Source: a virus (taxonomy: Duplodnaviria > Caudoviricetes). From it: DNA of 56,093 bases. The notes beneath the pieces are model-generated. The model ran no database searches, was not told the origin of the DNA, and saw nothing but the letters and a program-made list of their open reading frames with translations. The position numbers and the translations under genes are program-made. Below, piece after piece: positions 48,417-56,093 of this stretch; positions within the stretch are counted from its first letter, which is position 1, and each line of letters starts with the position of its first letter. The stretch spans positions 1 to 56,093 of the IMG/VR virus record IMGVR_UViG_3300021962_000005; one strand, given 5' to 3'.

Positions 48417-48687
48417 TGGCTTTCTCGCGCTCTATAGCCGCCATCCCAAGTGGCGTATCTGCAAGCATTCCAAGGGCTTGCATGTATGTCTCGATCAGCG
48501 CCTGCTCGGTCTCTCGTGCGTGCTGATCCTGCTTACGCATCGAGACGATCTTGCGCAGGATTTTGACGTCGAAGCCGTTTGATTTGGCCTCAGCGTAGAC
48601 GTCCTTGATGTCTGCGCCAAGCACAGCCTTTTCGTCTTCCAGCCGCTCGATGCGTTGTACCAAACTCTCTAACATATTGTTATTCAT
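48403..48687 (-). CDS. gapR: GapR (DUF2312) nucleoid-associated protein
   Basis: RIERLEDEK...DIKDVYAEAKSNGFDVKILRKIV.MRK...Y..ALGM. Confidence 0.92.
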   Translation of the reverse strand: MNNNMLESLVQRIERLEDEKAVLGADIKDVYAEAKSNGFDVKILRKIVSMRKQDQHARETEQALIETYMQALGMLADTPLGMAAIEREKANATG

Positions 48688-48858
48688 AGCTTTACCCTCT
48701 CGTTAAGCAACATAAGAATACGCGCACCGAGGCAAAAAGTCCATACACGCTGTGGATAGCTGCATGGCGCATATTATTTTTTTTGAGAGAATATCCGCCA
48801 TAAGGAAAAAACAAACAATAACAATTATTTAGCAAAATTGGCGTAAACCCGTTAACAG

Positions 48859-48921
48859 TTGACACACGAATTTTATTCGCGTATAGGTATCTCACGGTCG
48901 CTGGTGACCGCTACATGGAGA
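48859..48921 (+). promoter_or_regulatory. Early promoter cassette 1
   Basis: TTGACA-17-TATAGG, palindromic spacer, CGGTCGCTGGTGACCG hairpin, ATGGAGA RBS. Confidence 0.85.
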
Positions 48922-48927
48922 CCCACA

Positions 48928-49434
48928 ATGAACATGGAACAAGCCATCGAAGCCCTCATCCCGATCATCGCAGACCGCGTTGCCGCGCAATGGGGTCGCC
49001 AATTTGACCGTCTGGTTGAGCAGTTCGGCACGACCCTCACCGGCGTGTACAATTCTGGAAGCGCCAATGTTTGGGGTGAGACCATACGACCACTGTGTAG
49101 TGCAGTTGAGGTCAGCCACAACCGCTACGAGTACAAGCTCAACGACGCCAAAGTCGCCGCCGCCGCGCAAGCATATGCAGAAGCAGCCGCAAACGAGTGG
49201 CGCGAGAAGATCACCGGCAAGCTGGCTGATGTTGAGTACCGCGAGTTCAAACTGTTCGGCGGCTGCAATTTCCTCGTCCACGCTACCCGCGACGGACACG
49301 ACATCCGGTTGGATCAGCAGATCATCCTGAAGAGCAGCCCGAAAGGCAAGCTGTTCAATCAGTTTCCTGCTCGCATCTACGTCGACGGCAAGCTCGTCAG
49401 TGAGAAGAAATACAAAGAAATGTGGGTGGCGTGA
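48928..49434 (+). CDS. Early hypothetical protein (168 aa)
   Basis: ATG after cassette RBS; SSPKGKLFNQFPARIY. Confidence 0.75.
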   Translation: MNMEQAIEALIPIIADRVAAQWGRQFDRLVEQFGTTLTGVYNSGSANVWGETIRPLCSAVEVSHNRYEYKLNDAKVAAAAQAYAEAAANEWREKITGKLADVEYREFKLFGGCNFLVHATRDGHDIRLDQQIILKSSPKGKLFNQFPARIYVDGKLVSEKKYKEMWVA

Positions 49435-49449
49435 GCCATCCATACCCTG

Positions 49450-49512
49450 TTGACACACGAATTTTATTCACATATAGGTATCTCACGGTCGCTGGTGACC
49501 GCTACATGGAGA
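49450..49512 (+). promoter_or_regulatory. Early promoter cassette 2
   Basis: Near-identical to cassette 1 (2 substitutions in the spacer). Confidence 0.85.
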
Positions 49513-49518
49513 AACATT

Positions 49519-49815
49519 ATGGCTAACATCGTTCACGGCAACGTCGAAGTCCCGGTCGAGCAGTTTGAGTTCAACGGCGGCCTGTACTACGGCTGCATCT
49601 GCGCCAATTACCTGCGACACTCAGACCGCAGCACGATCACTCACGAGGCCCACCTGATCCGCCTAGTTGACCTCAACCTCGATGAGGACGTGGACTGGGA
49701 GGATGACGACAACCTGCACACAATCCCGCTAGGCAGTGACCTCGCAAAGGCTCTGCTGGACAAGTATGATGACTTTGTCGAGGACGAGTGCCGCGACGAC
49801 TGCCGCTTTGACTGA
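49519..49815 (+). CDS. Acidic early hypothetical protein (98 aa)
   Basis: ATG after cassette RBS; Asp/Glu-rich. Confidence 0.75.
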   Translation: MANIVHGNVEVPVEQFEFNGGLYYGCICANYLRHSDRSTITHEAHLIRLVDLNLDEDVDWEDDDNLHTIPLGSDLAKALLDKYDDFVEDECRDDCRFD

Positions 49816-49824
49816 GAGGGGAAT

Positions 49825-50064
49825 ATGGACACGATTACAATCATCACAGAGATCAGGCTCAACCCCGCGCTGGGCCTGTACACCATCGCCCGGAACGGCA
49901 GCGACATCGGCCAGTTCTGGCAGAGCAAGAAAAACCCGCTGGTCTGGCTCACCAACGCAGGCGACCAGTTCACATGCTACGGAGAATGCGTCGAGGCGCT
50001 TATGCGGGATCCAAAGCCGATCAATTTCGACATCGAAGCGTGGACCGAACAGCAGGTCTTCTGA
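49825..50064 (+). CDS. Early hypothetical protein
   Basis: 79 aa; GAGGGG RBS. Confidence 0.7.
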   Translation: MDTITIITEIRLNPALGLYTIARNGSDIGQFWQSKKNPLVWLTNAGDQFTCYGECVEALMRDPKPINFDIEAWTEQQVF

Positions 50065-50068
50065 AAAC

Positions 50069-50099
50069 AAATCGCCGCAAATCGCGGCGATTTTTTTTT
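50069..50099 (+). terminator. Rho-independent terminator
   Basis: AAATCGCCGC-AAATC-GCGGCGATTT plus T run. Confidence 0.8.
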
Positions 50100-50294
50100 G
50101 GCGGTTTATTGGCGGTTTATTGGCGGTTTATTGGCGGTTTATTGGCGGTTTAATTTGTTAATAAATACAAAAGGTTGCGGCGGTTTATTGGCGGTTTATT
50201 GGCGGTTTATTGGCGGTTTATTGGCGGTTTATTGGCGGTTTATTGGCGGTTTATTGGCGGTTTAATTTGTTAATAAATACAACAGGTTGCGGCG
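50098..50294. repeat. 11-bp tandem array (TTGGCGGTTTA) in two blocks, each followed by a 30-bp AT-rich unit
   Basis: 5 copies at 50098-50152 and 7 at 50188-50264 plus a partial; 50153-50182 matches 50265-50294 with 1 mismatch. Confidence 0.95.
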
Positions 50295-50330
50295 AGATAA
50301 TTCGCCGCAATTTTTTTTTTGCAAACCCTG

Positions 50331-50392
50331 TTGACATGCGAATTTTATTCGCGTATGGGTATCTCACGGTCGCTGGTGACCTGACATGGAGA
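50331..50392 (+). promoter_or_regulatory. Early promoter cassette 3
   Basis: TTGACA-TGCGAATTTTATTCGCG-TATGGG, same hairpin and RBS. Confidence 0.85.
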
Positions 50393-50398
50393 TTTGAG

Positions 50399-51211
50399 AT
50401 GACTGCATACATGATCGAAGGCAACAACGCTCACCGCATCGAAGAGACTTACGTCGAAAAATGCGCCAAGTGCGCAGGCACCGGCAATTTCCGCTCGTAC
50501 ATGGGCCGCGTCGTCGGCCAGTGCTTCGCCTGCAAAGGCGTCGGCCACAAGACCTACAAGACAGACAGCCAGACCCGCGCAGCCAATCGCGCCAAGAGCG
50601 CCGACCGCAAGGTCCGCAACCGTCAGGATAATCTGGACACGTTCCGCCAGTTTCAGCCTGCCGCCGCTGCGTGGATCGAGGCGGCTGCTGCCCGCGGATT
50701 TGAGTTCGCTCAGAGCCTCGCAGAAGCTGTTGCGAAGTACGGCGACCTGACCGAGGGCCAGTTGGCTGCGGTGGAACGCTGCATCGCCAAGGACGCCGAG
50801 CGCGAAGCGCAGCGTGCCTCCAAGGCCGAGCAGGCACCTACCGTCGACGCATCCAAGCTGCACGCAGCCTTTGACGCAGCCGCTGCTGCCGGCCTGAAGT
50901 TCCCGAAGATGCGCTTCGAGGGTTTTTCGATCAGCCCCGCCCCGGCCCATGGCCACAACGCAGGTGCGCTGTACGTCAAGGACGGCCACGACTATCTCGG
51001 CAAGATCAGCAGCGGTCGTTTCTTCGCCTCTCGCGACTGCGACGCAGAACGCGCTCAGAGCGTCGCTGACGTCGTTTCTGACCCAACTGCTGCTGCTGTA
51101 GCCTTCGGCAAGAAAACCGGCTCATGCTGCTGCTGTGGCCGCGAACTGACCGATCCGGCCAGCGTCGCAGCGGGCATCGGTCCCATCTGCGCGGAGAACT
51201 GGGGGCTCTGA
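50399..51211 (+). CDS. Zn-finger protein with C-terminal DUF6011
   Basis: CAKCAGTG..CFACKGVG; CCCCGRELTDPASVAAGIGPICA. Confidence 0.85.
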   Translation: MTAYMIEGNNAHRIEETYVEKCAKCAGTGNFRSYMGRVVGQCFACKGVGHKTYKTDSQTRAANRAKSADRKVRNRQDNLDTFRQFQPAAAAWIEAAAARGFEFAQSLAEAVAKYGDLTEGQLAAVERCIAKDAEREAQRASKAEQAPTVDASKLHAAFDAAAAAGLKFPKMRFEGFSISPAPAHGHNAGALYVKDGHDYLGKISSGRFFASRDCDAERAQSVADVVSDPTAAAVAFGKKTGSCCCCGRELTDPASVAAGIGPICAENWGL

Positions 51212-51262
51212 GCCCCCACACAGCTACAATGAAATAATTCGCCGCAATTTTTACAAACCCTG

Positions 51263-51327
51263 TTGACATGCGAATTTTATTCGCGTATGGGTATCTCACG
51301 GTCGCTGGTGACCGCAACACATGGAGA
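51263..51327 (+). promoter_or_regulatory. Early promoter cassette 4
   Basis: Core identical to cassette 3; also shares upstream ATAATTCGCCGCAATTTTT..CAAACCCTG. Confidence 0.85.
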
Positions 51328-51333
51328 CTAAGT

Positions 51334-51621
51334 ATGACCAACATCGCAACCCTCGCCGACCGCTACGCAGACCTCGACGCCGAGATCAAGGGCCTTCAGC
51401 GCCTGCAGGCTGAACTGAAGGCCGAGATCAAGTCCCTCGGTCGCGAGGAGATCGTCGGCGAACGCGCAATCGTATCGCTGGGCCTGTCCGAGCGTTCAAC
51501 CCTCGACACCAAGCTCGTCCGCGAGCTGCTGACAGAGGAGCAGGTCGAAGCCTGCACCAAGGTCTCGTTGATCGAGACCATCCGCGTGAAGCCGTCAAAG
51601 GCCCCCGTGACCATCGCCTAA
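51334..51621 (+). CDS. Early hypothetical coiled-coil protein (95 aa)
   Basis: LADRYADLDAEIKGL..LKAEIK..RSTLDTK. Confidence 0.75.
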   Translation: MTNIATLADRYADLDAEIKGLQRLQAELKAEIKSLGREEIVGERAIVSLGLSERSTLDTKLVRELLTEEQVEACTKVSLIETIRVKPSKAPVTIA

Positions 51622-51671
51622 CAATCGGGGGCTTCGTCCCCCGCCCCATCCCAAAACTCAGGAGCTAAAAC

Positions 51672-51908
51672 ATGAAACTCACCACTGCATACATCCGCAC
51701 CATCGCAAAACGTGATCCGCGTATCGACGAAATCGAAATCTGCCCGGATCATCAGGTCACCGTTTGGCTCGATCCAAAATGGACATGGAACGCTTTGGAC
51801 GGCAACATCACCTGCATGACCTACAACGTCGAACACGCAGAGGATTGGTATCGCGACGATGTAGCCACCTTTCTGGGCCATGTAAAAAACATAGAATTGG
51901 CAAAGTGA
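51672..51908 (+). CDS. Hypothetical protein
   Basis: 78 aa; AGGAG RBS. Confidence 0.7.
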   Translation: MKLTTAYIRTIAKRDPRIDEIEICPDHQVTVWLDPKWTWNALDGNITCMTYNVEHAEDWYRDDVATFLGHVKNIELAK

Positions 51909-51948
51909 GGGGCTCCGGCCCCCGCCAACCTTACAATGGAGAACGGCA

Positions 51949-52479
51949 ATGAACACCATCATCAAAGCGACCCAAGAGGAAGTTTTCTTTGAAGTAATAT
52001 TGGCCGCAGACACGCTTGCAAAAGCCTATCTGAGTTATATCCCCGTGCCAAAACCTAAAAAGTCAAGAAAGACCAAAAAACCCGAGGCGTTAGAAGAACC
52101 CGAGGCGTTAGAAGAACCCGAGGCGTTAGAAGAGGCCGGCGAAGGCTCTAAGGTTAAAAAGAAAAAGAAAAAGAAGAAAAAATCCGAAGAATCAGAAAAA
52201 CAGAACGAAGAGGTCAGGACATACGAAAAAAGAAAAACAATGCTCTTGGACGCTATCAAATCCAACAAAGAGGATTTCAGTGACGCCAAGGACATTGTAT
52301 CAAATCTGTCAGCTACCATGGACCAGATAACCTACGAAATGACGACCGACGTAACAAAATTTGTGGACGTCAATAGGAAGGTCAAAGAGCTTAACTCTAT
52401 CCTACACATCGGCAGGTCATACCCAAACGACGCAATTAAGCGCACCAAAAAAATTATAGGAATGTGGAGGGGATACTGA
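51949..52479 (+). CDS. Hypothetical protein with (PEALEE)x3 and poly-Lys
   Basis: GGAGA RBS; 18-bp tandem repeat at ~52081-52133; K9 run. Confidence 0.65.
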   Translation: MNTIIKATQEEVFFEVILAADTLAKAYLSYIPVPKPKKSRKTKKPEALEEPEALEEPEALEEAGEGSKVKKKKKKKKKSEESEKQNEEVRTYEKRKTMLLDAIKSNKEDFSDAKDIVSNLSATMDQITYEMTTDVTKFVDVNRKVKELNSILHIGRSYPNDAIKRTKKIIGMWRGY

Positions 52480-52688
52480 TGGACAAGCCGAGCGCAATTC
52501 AATGGTCTGACAAAAAGCCTGACGGCACCCGTGAGCTGACCTATCTAAGCAACGTAGTCGGCTGGGCCTGCAAGGCCAAGCACTACCGCGAAATGGGCGA
52601 CTGGATCGCCCTGAGCGTCCACGGCAACGTCCGCCACACCTACTCCCTGAAGGCCGCCAAAGTGGCCCTGATGGAGATGTACTCCTGA
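52479..52688 (+). CDS. Hypothetical protein (69 aa)
   Basis: TGATG-coupled start MDKPSAIQW; GGAGG RBS. Confidence 0.65.
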   Translation: MDKPSAIQWSDKKPDGTRELTYLSNVVGWACKAKHYREMGDWIALSVHGNVRHTYSLKAAKVALMEMYS

Positions 52689-52903
52689 TGACCAAAGAGC
52701 AATTCAAAGCGTACATGGACGAATTGAAGATGTCGTCCTCAGACATTGCCTTACTGACAGGCAACACACCCCGCGCCGTGCAGCTATGGCTGAGTGGCAC
52801 TAACCCGGTCCCGCAATCAGCCGCCCTGCTGCTGCTGGCCTACAGGGACGGCAGGATAGACGACGACTGGATCGTCGAAATGGTCGCCACCTTCAGGAAC
52901 TAA
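52688..52903 (+). CDS. Cro/XRE-like HTH regulator
   Basis: MTKEQFKAYMDELKMSSSDIALLTGNTPRAVQLWLSG..PVP. Confidence 0.8.
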   Translation: MTKEQFKAYMDELKMSSSDIALLTGNTPRAVQLWLSGTNPVPQSAALLLLAYRDGRIDDDWIVEMVATFRN

Positions 52904-52906
52904 ATC

Positions 52907-52932
52907 AAGGCCCCTGAGCAGGGGCCTTTTTT
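52907..52932 (+). terminator. Rho-independent terminator ending the early region
   Basis: AAGGCCCCTG-AG-CAGGGGCCTT inverted repeat followed by a T run. Confidence 0.8.
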
Positions 52933-53175
52933 ACGAGACGCCAGAAGTCTGTTTCCTCGGGATGCGGGATCAACTCCCAGCCTGTCGGCGCAGACCACTT
53001 GAACGTCCAGATCACGATGCCGGGGATCCAGAGGCCCATCAGCAGGCGTTTACGCCACCGGCGCTTCGATACGAGCTTCTTCCGCATACCCTCTCCATTT
53101 ATGAGCATAACGCAAAACTTTACGCATACGGTTAAACCACTGTTTGCAAATCGTAAACGGCAATTTTGCAGGTCG

Positions 53176-53409
53176 ATATGCTCAATATGCGCGAAATTTT
53201 CTATTCTATTTATATATAGAAATGAAATTTCCCCCTTCCCCCTAAAAAATTTGTTTCTCGCGTGTATAGAGATTTACAATATTTTGCGCATTTGCGCATA
53301 TTTCATATGAAATATTCCTTAAAAAATAATAATTTCAAATAGTTACGAAATATGCTCAAAGTATATGCGCAAAGTTTCTTTTGCTCATATTTGGGCTCTT
53401 TGCGCATAT
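53176..53409. other. Candidate replication origin (AT-rich, inverted 10-bp iterons)
   Basis: Eight ATATGC[TG]C[AG]A-like motifs in alternating orientation; 18-bp palindrome at 53298-53315; non-coding; near the primase 3' end. Confidence 0.6.
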
Positions 53410-53475
53410 TGCCTCCCCCGCTTCCAGACGTCAGGCATTGGTGATACCATCCGCGCGACAACCGAAGAGGCCGCC

Positions 53476-53760
53476 ATGCCACCCCGCCGAGTACCTATCG
53501 TAGAGAAGAAACTTGGACGTGACAACGTTCACGGCTGGGCCTACGCCAAGCCGCCCAAGATCGAAATTGATGAAAGATTGCGTGGGCGTTTCCAGCAGGA
53601 AGTGCTCCTCCACGAGCTGCTGCACGTCGCACTTCCCCAGCTCGAAGAAGAGTGCGTCACCAAGACAGCGGAGTTCCTGAGCCACCATACATGGCGGTTT
53701 GGGCTGCGGAGGATCCAGCCCCCCGCGCTCCGCCAGAAGCGTCAGAAGGGGACGTCGTGA
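53476..53760 (+). CDS. Small HExxH zincin-like protein (94 aa)
   Basis: HGWA..KIEIDERL..EVLLHELLH..EEECV; GAGG RBS. Confidence 0.65.
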   Translation: MPPRRVPIVEKKLGRDNVHGWAYAKPPKIEIDERLRGRFQQEVLLHELLHVALPQLEEECVTKTAEFLSHHTWRFGLRRIQPPALRQKRQKGTS

Positions 53761-55966
53761 AACTCGTCCTTGCCTGCGTGGAAGTCACGCACAGCCTGCA
53801 CAGCCTCGTCTGATGTCATCTTGCCGGCCCGGTACCAGACGTAGTGGCAAGCAGCCTTCGCGCCAGCCTCTGTAATCATCGCCCGCCGCTTGTCTATCGG
53901 CTGATAGCCCATATCCCCGAGGACGTGCCCGAGCGCCCGAGATCTTAGCGCGTCGCCACCGTCCAACACGATCAGACGATTGAAGTACGTCACGTCGATT
54001 AGGTCCGGCCCCACAATCTCGCAGGCATGTTGGTCGAGCGCCACTTCGACCATATCCCTGTCGTCGCTGACGTTCAGGTCACGCATGCGCATGAGGCCCA
54101 TCGTCATCGGAGCGCGGCCTCGCGGTGAAAAGTCCCCGGACACCTCCCAGTCCTCCAGCATCCGCGCCAGAGCGTCTGGGCGCTTTTCCAAAGTGTCGAA
54201 CAGCTCCGCGAAGTACCGCTCCGTCCCCTTCTCGCCGCCGTGGGCCTCCCACAGCTCCTCCTTGCGCGTGAAGGCCGTCGAGATCACGCAGTAGCGCCGG
54301 TCGTTGTCCGACACGGGGATGGCGTCGGCGTGGTTCGTCATCATCATGTACGAGGTGAAGTTCGGGATATGCTTCTCGTCCTTGCCCTTGTGGATAACAG
54401 TGATTGCATCGTTGCTGATGAGCGGCTTCATTTTGTCAAGTATTGCGTACTTGTTCGTCCCAGCGATGCGAATCTCCTCGACGTTGATCAGGACAGAGCC
54501 CTCGGCCCATCCGGTGAACTCACTATTGATCGCCGTAGTCGAGACCACCTTGGCGGCGGATCCCAGCAGATACTGCATAACTGTAAAGAAATACGTCTTC
54601 CCGTTCCCCTCGATGCCGTGCATCAGCAGCGCCCACTGCACGCGCTTGCCGGGGTTCTGGTAGACGTAGGCCATGAAGTCCATGACGATGCGCCGCTCGC
54701 GCTCGTCGGGCACTGTGCGCCGCAGATGGCCCTGAAACTTATCCACAGCCCGCCGCGCCTCGTCGTCGCCCTCCAGCGTCGCGCAGGGCTCCACGCCGTC
54801 GTCGACGTAAGTGTTGAGCCGGTCTAGTCCGTCCTCGGTTTGGAAGATCGTCCCGCCCCCGGGCCAGTACATCTTGGAGGCGACGGTCGGCAGGTTGCAG
54901 TACTTCGTGACGTAGCTGATCGCGTCCGTCTCGGCGGCGACGCACTCCGGCATGCGGTCGTAGGTCGTCCTGAACGACTGCGCGACGACGGAGTGCCGGA
55001 CGGAGACCCTATCGAAGGTCGCGTCCTTTTGATCATAGACCCAGTCCTGCGCCCACGCCGGAACGTCTTGGGTAATAGGCAACGCCAGTTGATTACCCTT
55101 CTTACCTTTTCCCCTGACCAAGTCCTTCTTGACCTCTGAGAGCGTCATGCCGACGCCCTTGCCGTAATGCTCGTGCAGGATCTTGCAGACCTCCGAACGC
55201 ATGGCTGCAGGCAGGGCGACGTCGCTCAGTCCGAGCACGGCTTCGCGTACTGCTGCGTACTCGGCCTGTGAGGTGACCGTGCGGGCTCGCTCGCGCAGGT
55301 CTTCGACGACGGGGCTGTCTGGGCGCAGGCCGAGGGCCTTGTCGCGGCCGCCGGCCCGCTTGATGACCGTCGCAAGGGTGACGGGGCGCTTGCTGCCGCC
55401 GAAGGAGCGCCACTTGACCGGCATGTGGCGGGGGTCATGCTTGCCGGACTTCGACGACCATGCGAGCCAACGCTGGTAGCCCTCATCGGCCCCCCGGTGC
55501 TGGTGCCAGAGCGCCATGCCGACCGTCAGCCACTCGTCGTAGTCCAGCGGCTCGGCCTCGTAATTGTCCAGCAACGTGTCAATGTCGGCCTCTTCGATGT
55601 CGAGGGGCTGCTCGGCGAGGAGCTGGTCAATGTCGTCGAAGTCGTCGTCCTGCAGATCGTTGAACTGTTCGACCGTGGCCAAGTCGTCGGGCACCGTCCA
55701 CCAATCGTTGCCAATGGCCATAAAGAACGGCTCCGCGCCGGGCTGGTGCGACGGCATGAACATGAGCTGGTTCATGACGTAGGAGCACTTGTCGGGCGTA
55801 CCCAGCCGCAGCTCCGCCGCCAGCCTATCCACGACCGCCGGGTACTCGTCGGCCAGCACGGGGCGCGAGAGGGGCACAACCACCCGCAGGCGGGGCTCCT
55901 CGGGCGTGTGGCGGTAGGTGGAGTAAATGGCCGCGTAGAACAGCGGCCCGGCAATATCAAGGATCC
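53742..55966 (-). CDS. Primase-helicase (AEP-like N-terminus, PriCT-2, SF3/DUF5906 helicase), 3' part
   Basis: LDYD, YSTYRH..PRLRVVVPL; YDEWLTVGMAL..W..WS..KWRSF; GIEGNGKT, VEE, TNH..DRRY. Confidence 0.9.
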
Positions 55967-56093
55967 CCAACTGCCCGATCGTCATGTCGACCTTGTCGTA
56001 GTCGAGCACAGCCAAGTGGCGGACGGCGACGTTACCCTTGCGGCCCTTGGACGGGTCAGTCAGCGGCCCCCCAATGAACGAGGCGCGTTTGGC
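55967..56093. repeat. Terminal direct repeat, right copy
   Basis: Identical to 1-127. Confidence 0.95.

Noticed and set aside
50098-50294. CRISPR array
   Set aside because: 11-bp units are contiguous with no unique spacers, and no cas operon is present
50210-50398. N-terminal extension MAVYWRFIGGLL of the 333-aa ORF
   Set aside because: Translation of the tandem repeat and promoter; the real start is the ATG at 50399 after the RBS
48859-51327. Promoter repeats as CRISPR repeats or attC sites
   Set aside because: They are separated by whole genes, show promoter/RBS anatomy, and there is no integrase
52905-53310. ORFs 52905-53108 (-) and 52999-53310 (+)
   Set aside because: No recognisable motifs; they overlap a terminator or the origin-like region. 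The minus-strand one cannot be fully excluded

Overview
The window is an apparently complete, circularly assembled ~55,966-bp tailed dsDNA phage genome; the last 127 nt repeat the first 127 nt, an assembly overlap that splits the primase gene. GapR and a stand-alone DnaA C-terminal HTH protein point to an alphaproteobacterial host. Layout: (+) replication/recombination operon at 579-9338 (DUF2800 Cas4-like exonuclease, DUF2815 SSB, HNH, family-B DNA polymerase, VRR-NUC, SNF2 helicase, secreted transglycosylase, DnaA_C protein); (-) a long late region at 48687-9473 (GapR, TerS, TerL, portal, large internal proteins, GroES, scaffold, Mu-gpT-like capsid, podovirus-like tail and ejection proteins, collagen fibre plus GT2 glycosyltransferase, lysis cassette); (+) an early cassette region at 48859-52903 built from four near-identical promoter/operator/RBS units; a candidate origin at ~53170-53410; and a (-) primase-helicase. 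No integrase, tRNA, CRISPR or reverse transcriptase was recognised. Most interesting: (1) six late proteins are punctuated by a shared [FYMRK]-[AK]-x-G-G motif, suggesting polyprotein processing, including a 1476-aa portal-adjacent protein whose modules (one HhH DNA-glycosylase-like) are bounded by 48-bp repeats, and an ejection protein with two internal Peptidase_S74 domains; (2) a double-pseudoknot RNA downstream of the capsid gene; (3) a GPT-collagen fibre/GT2-TPR pair suggesting virion glycosylation; (4) repeated early promoter cassettes, an 11-bp array and DnaA boxes clustered at the primase gene. All assignments come from motif recognition by eye, without database searches.
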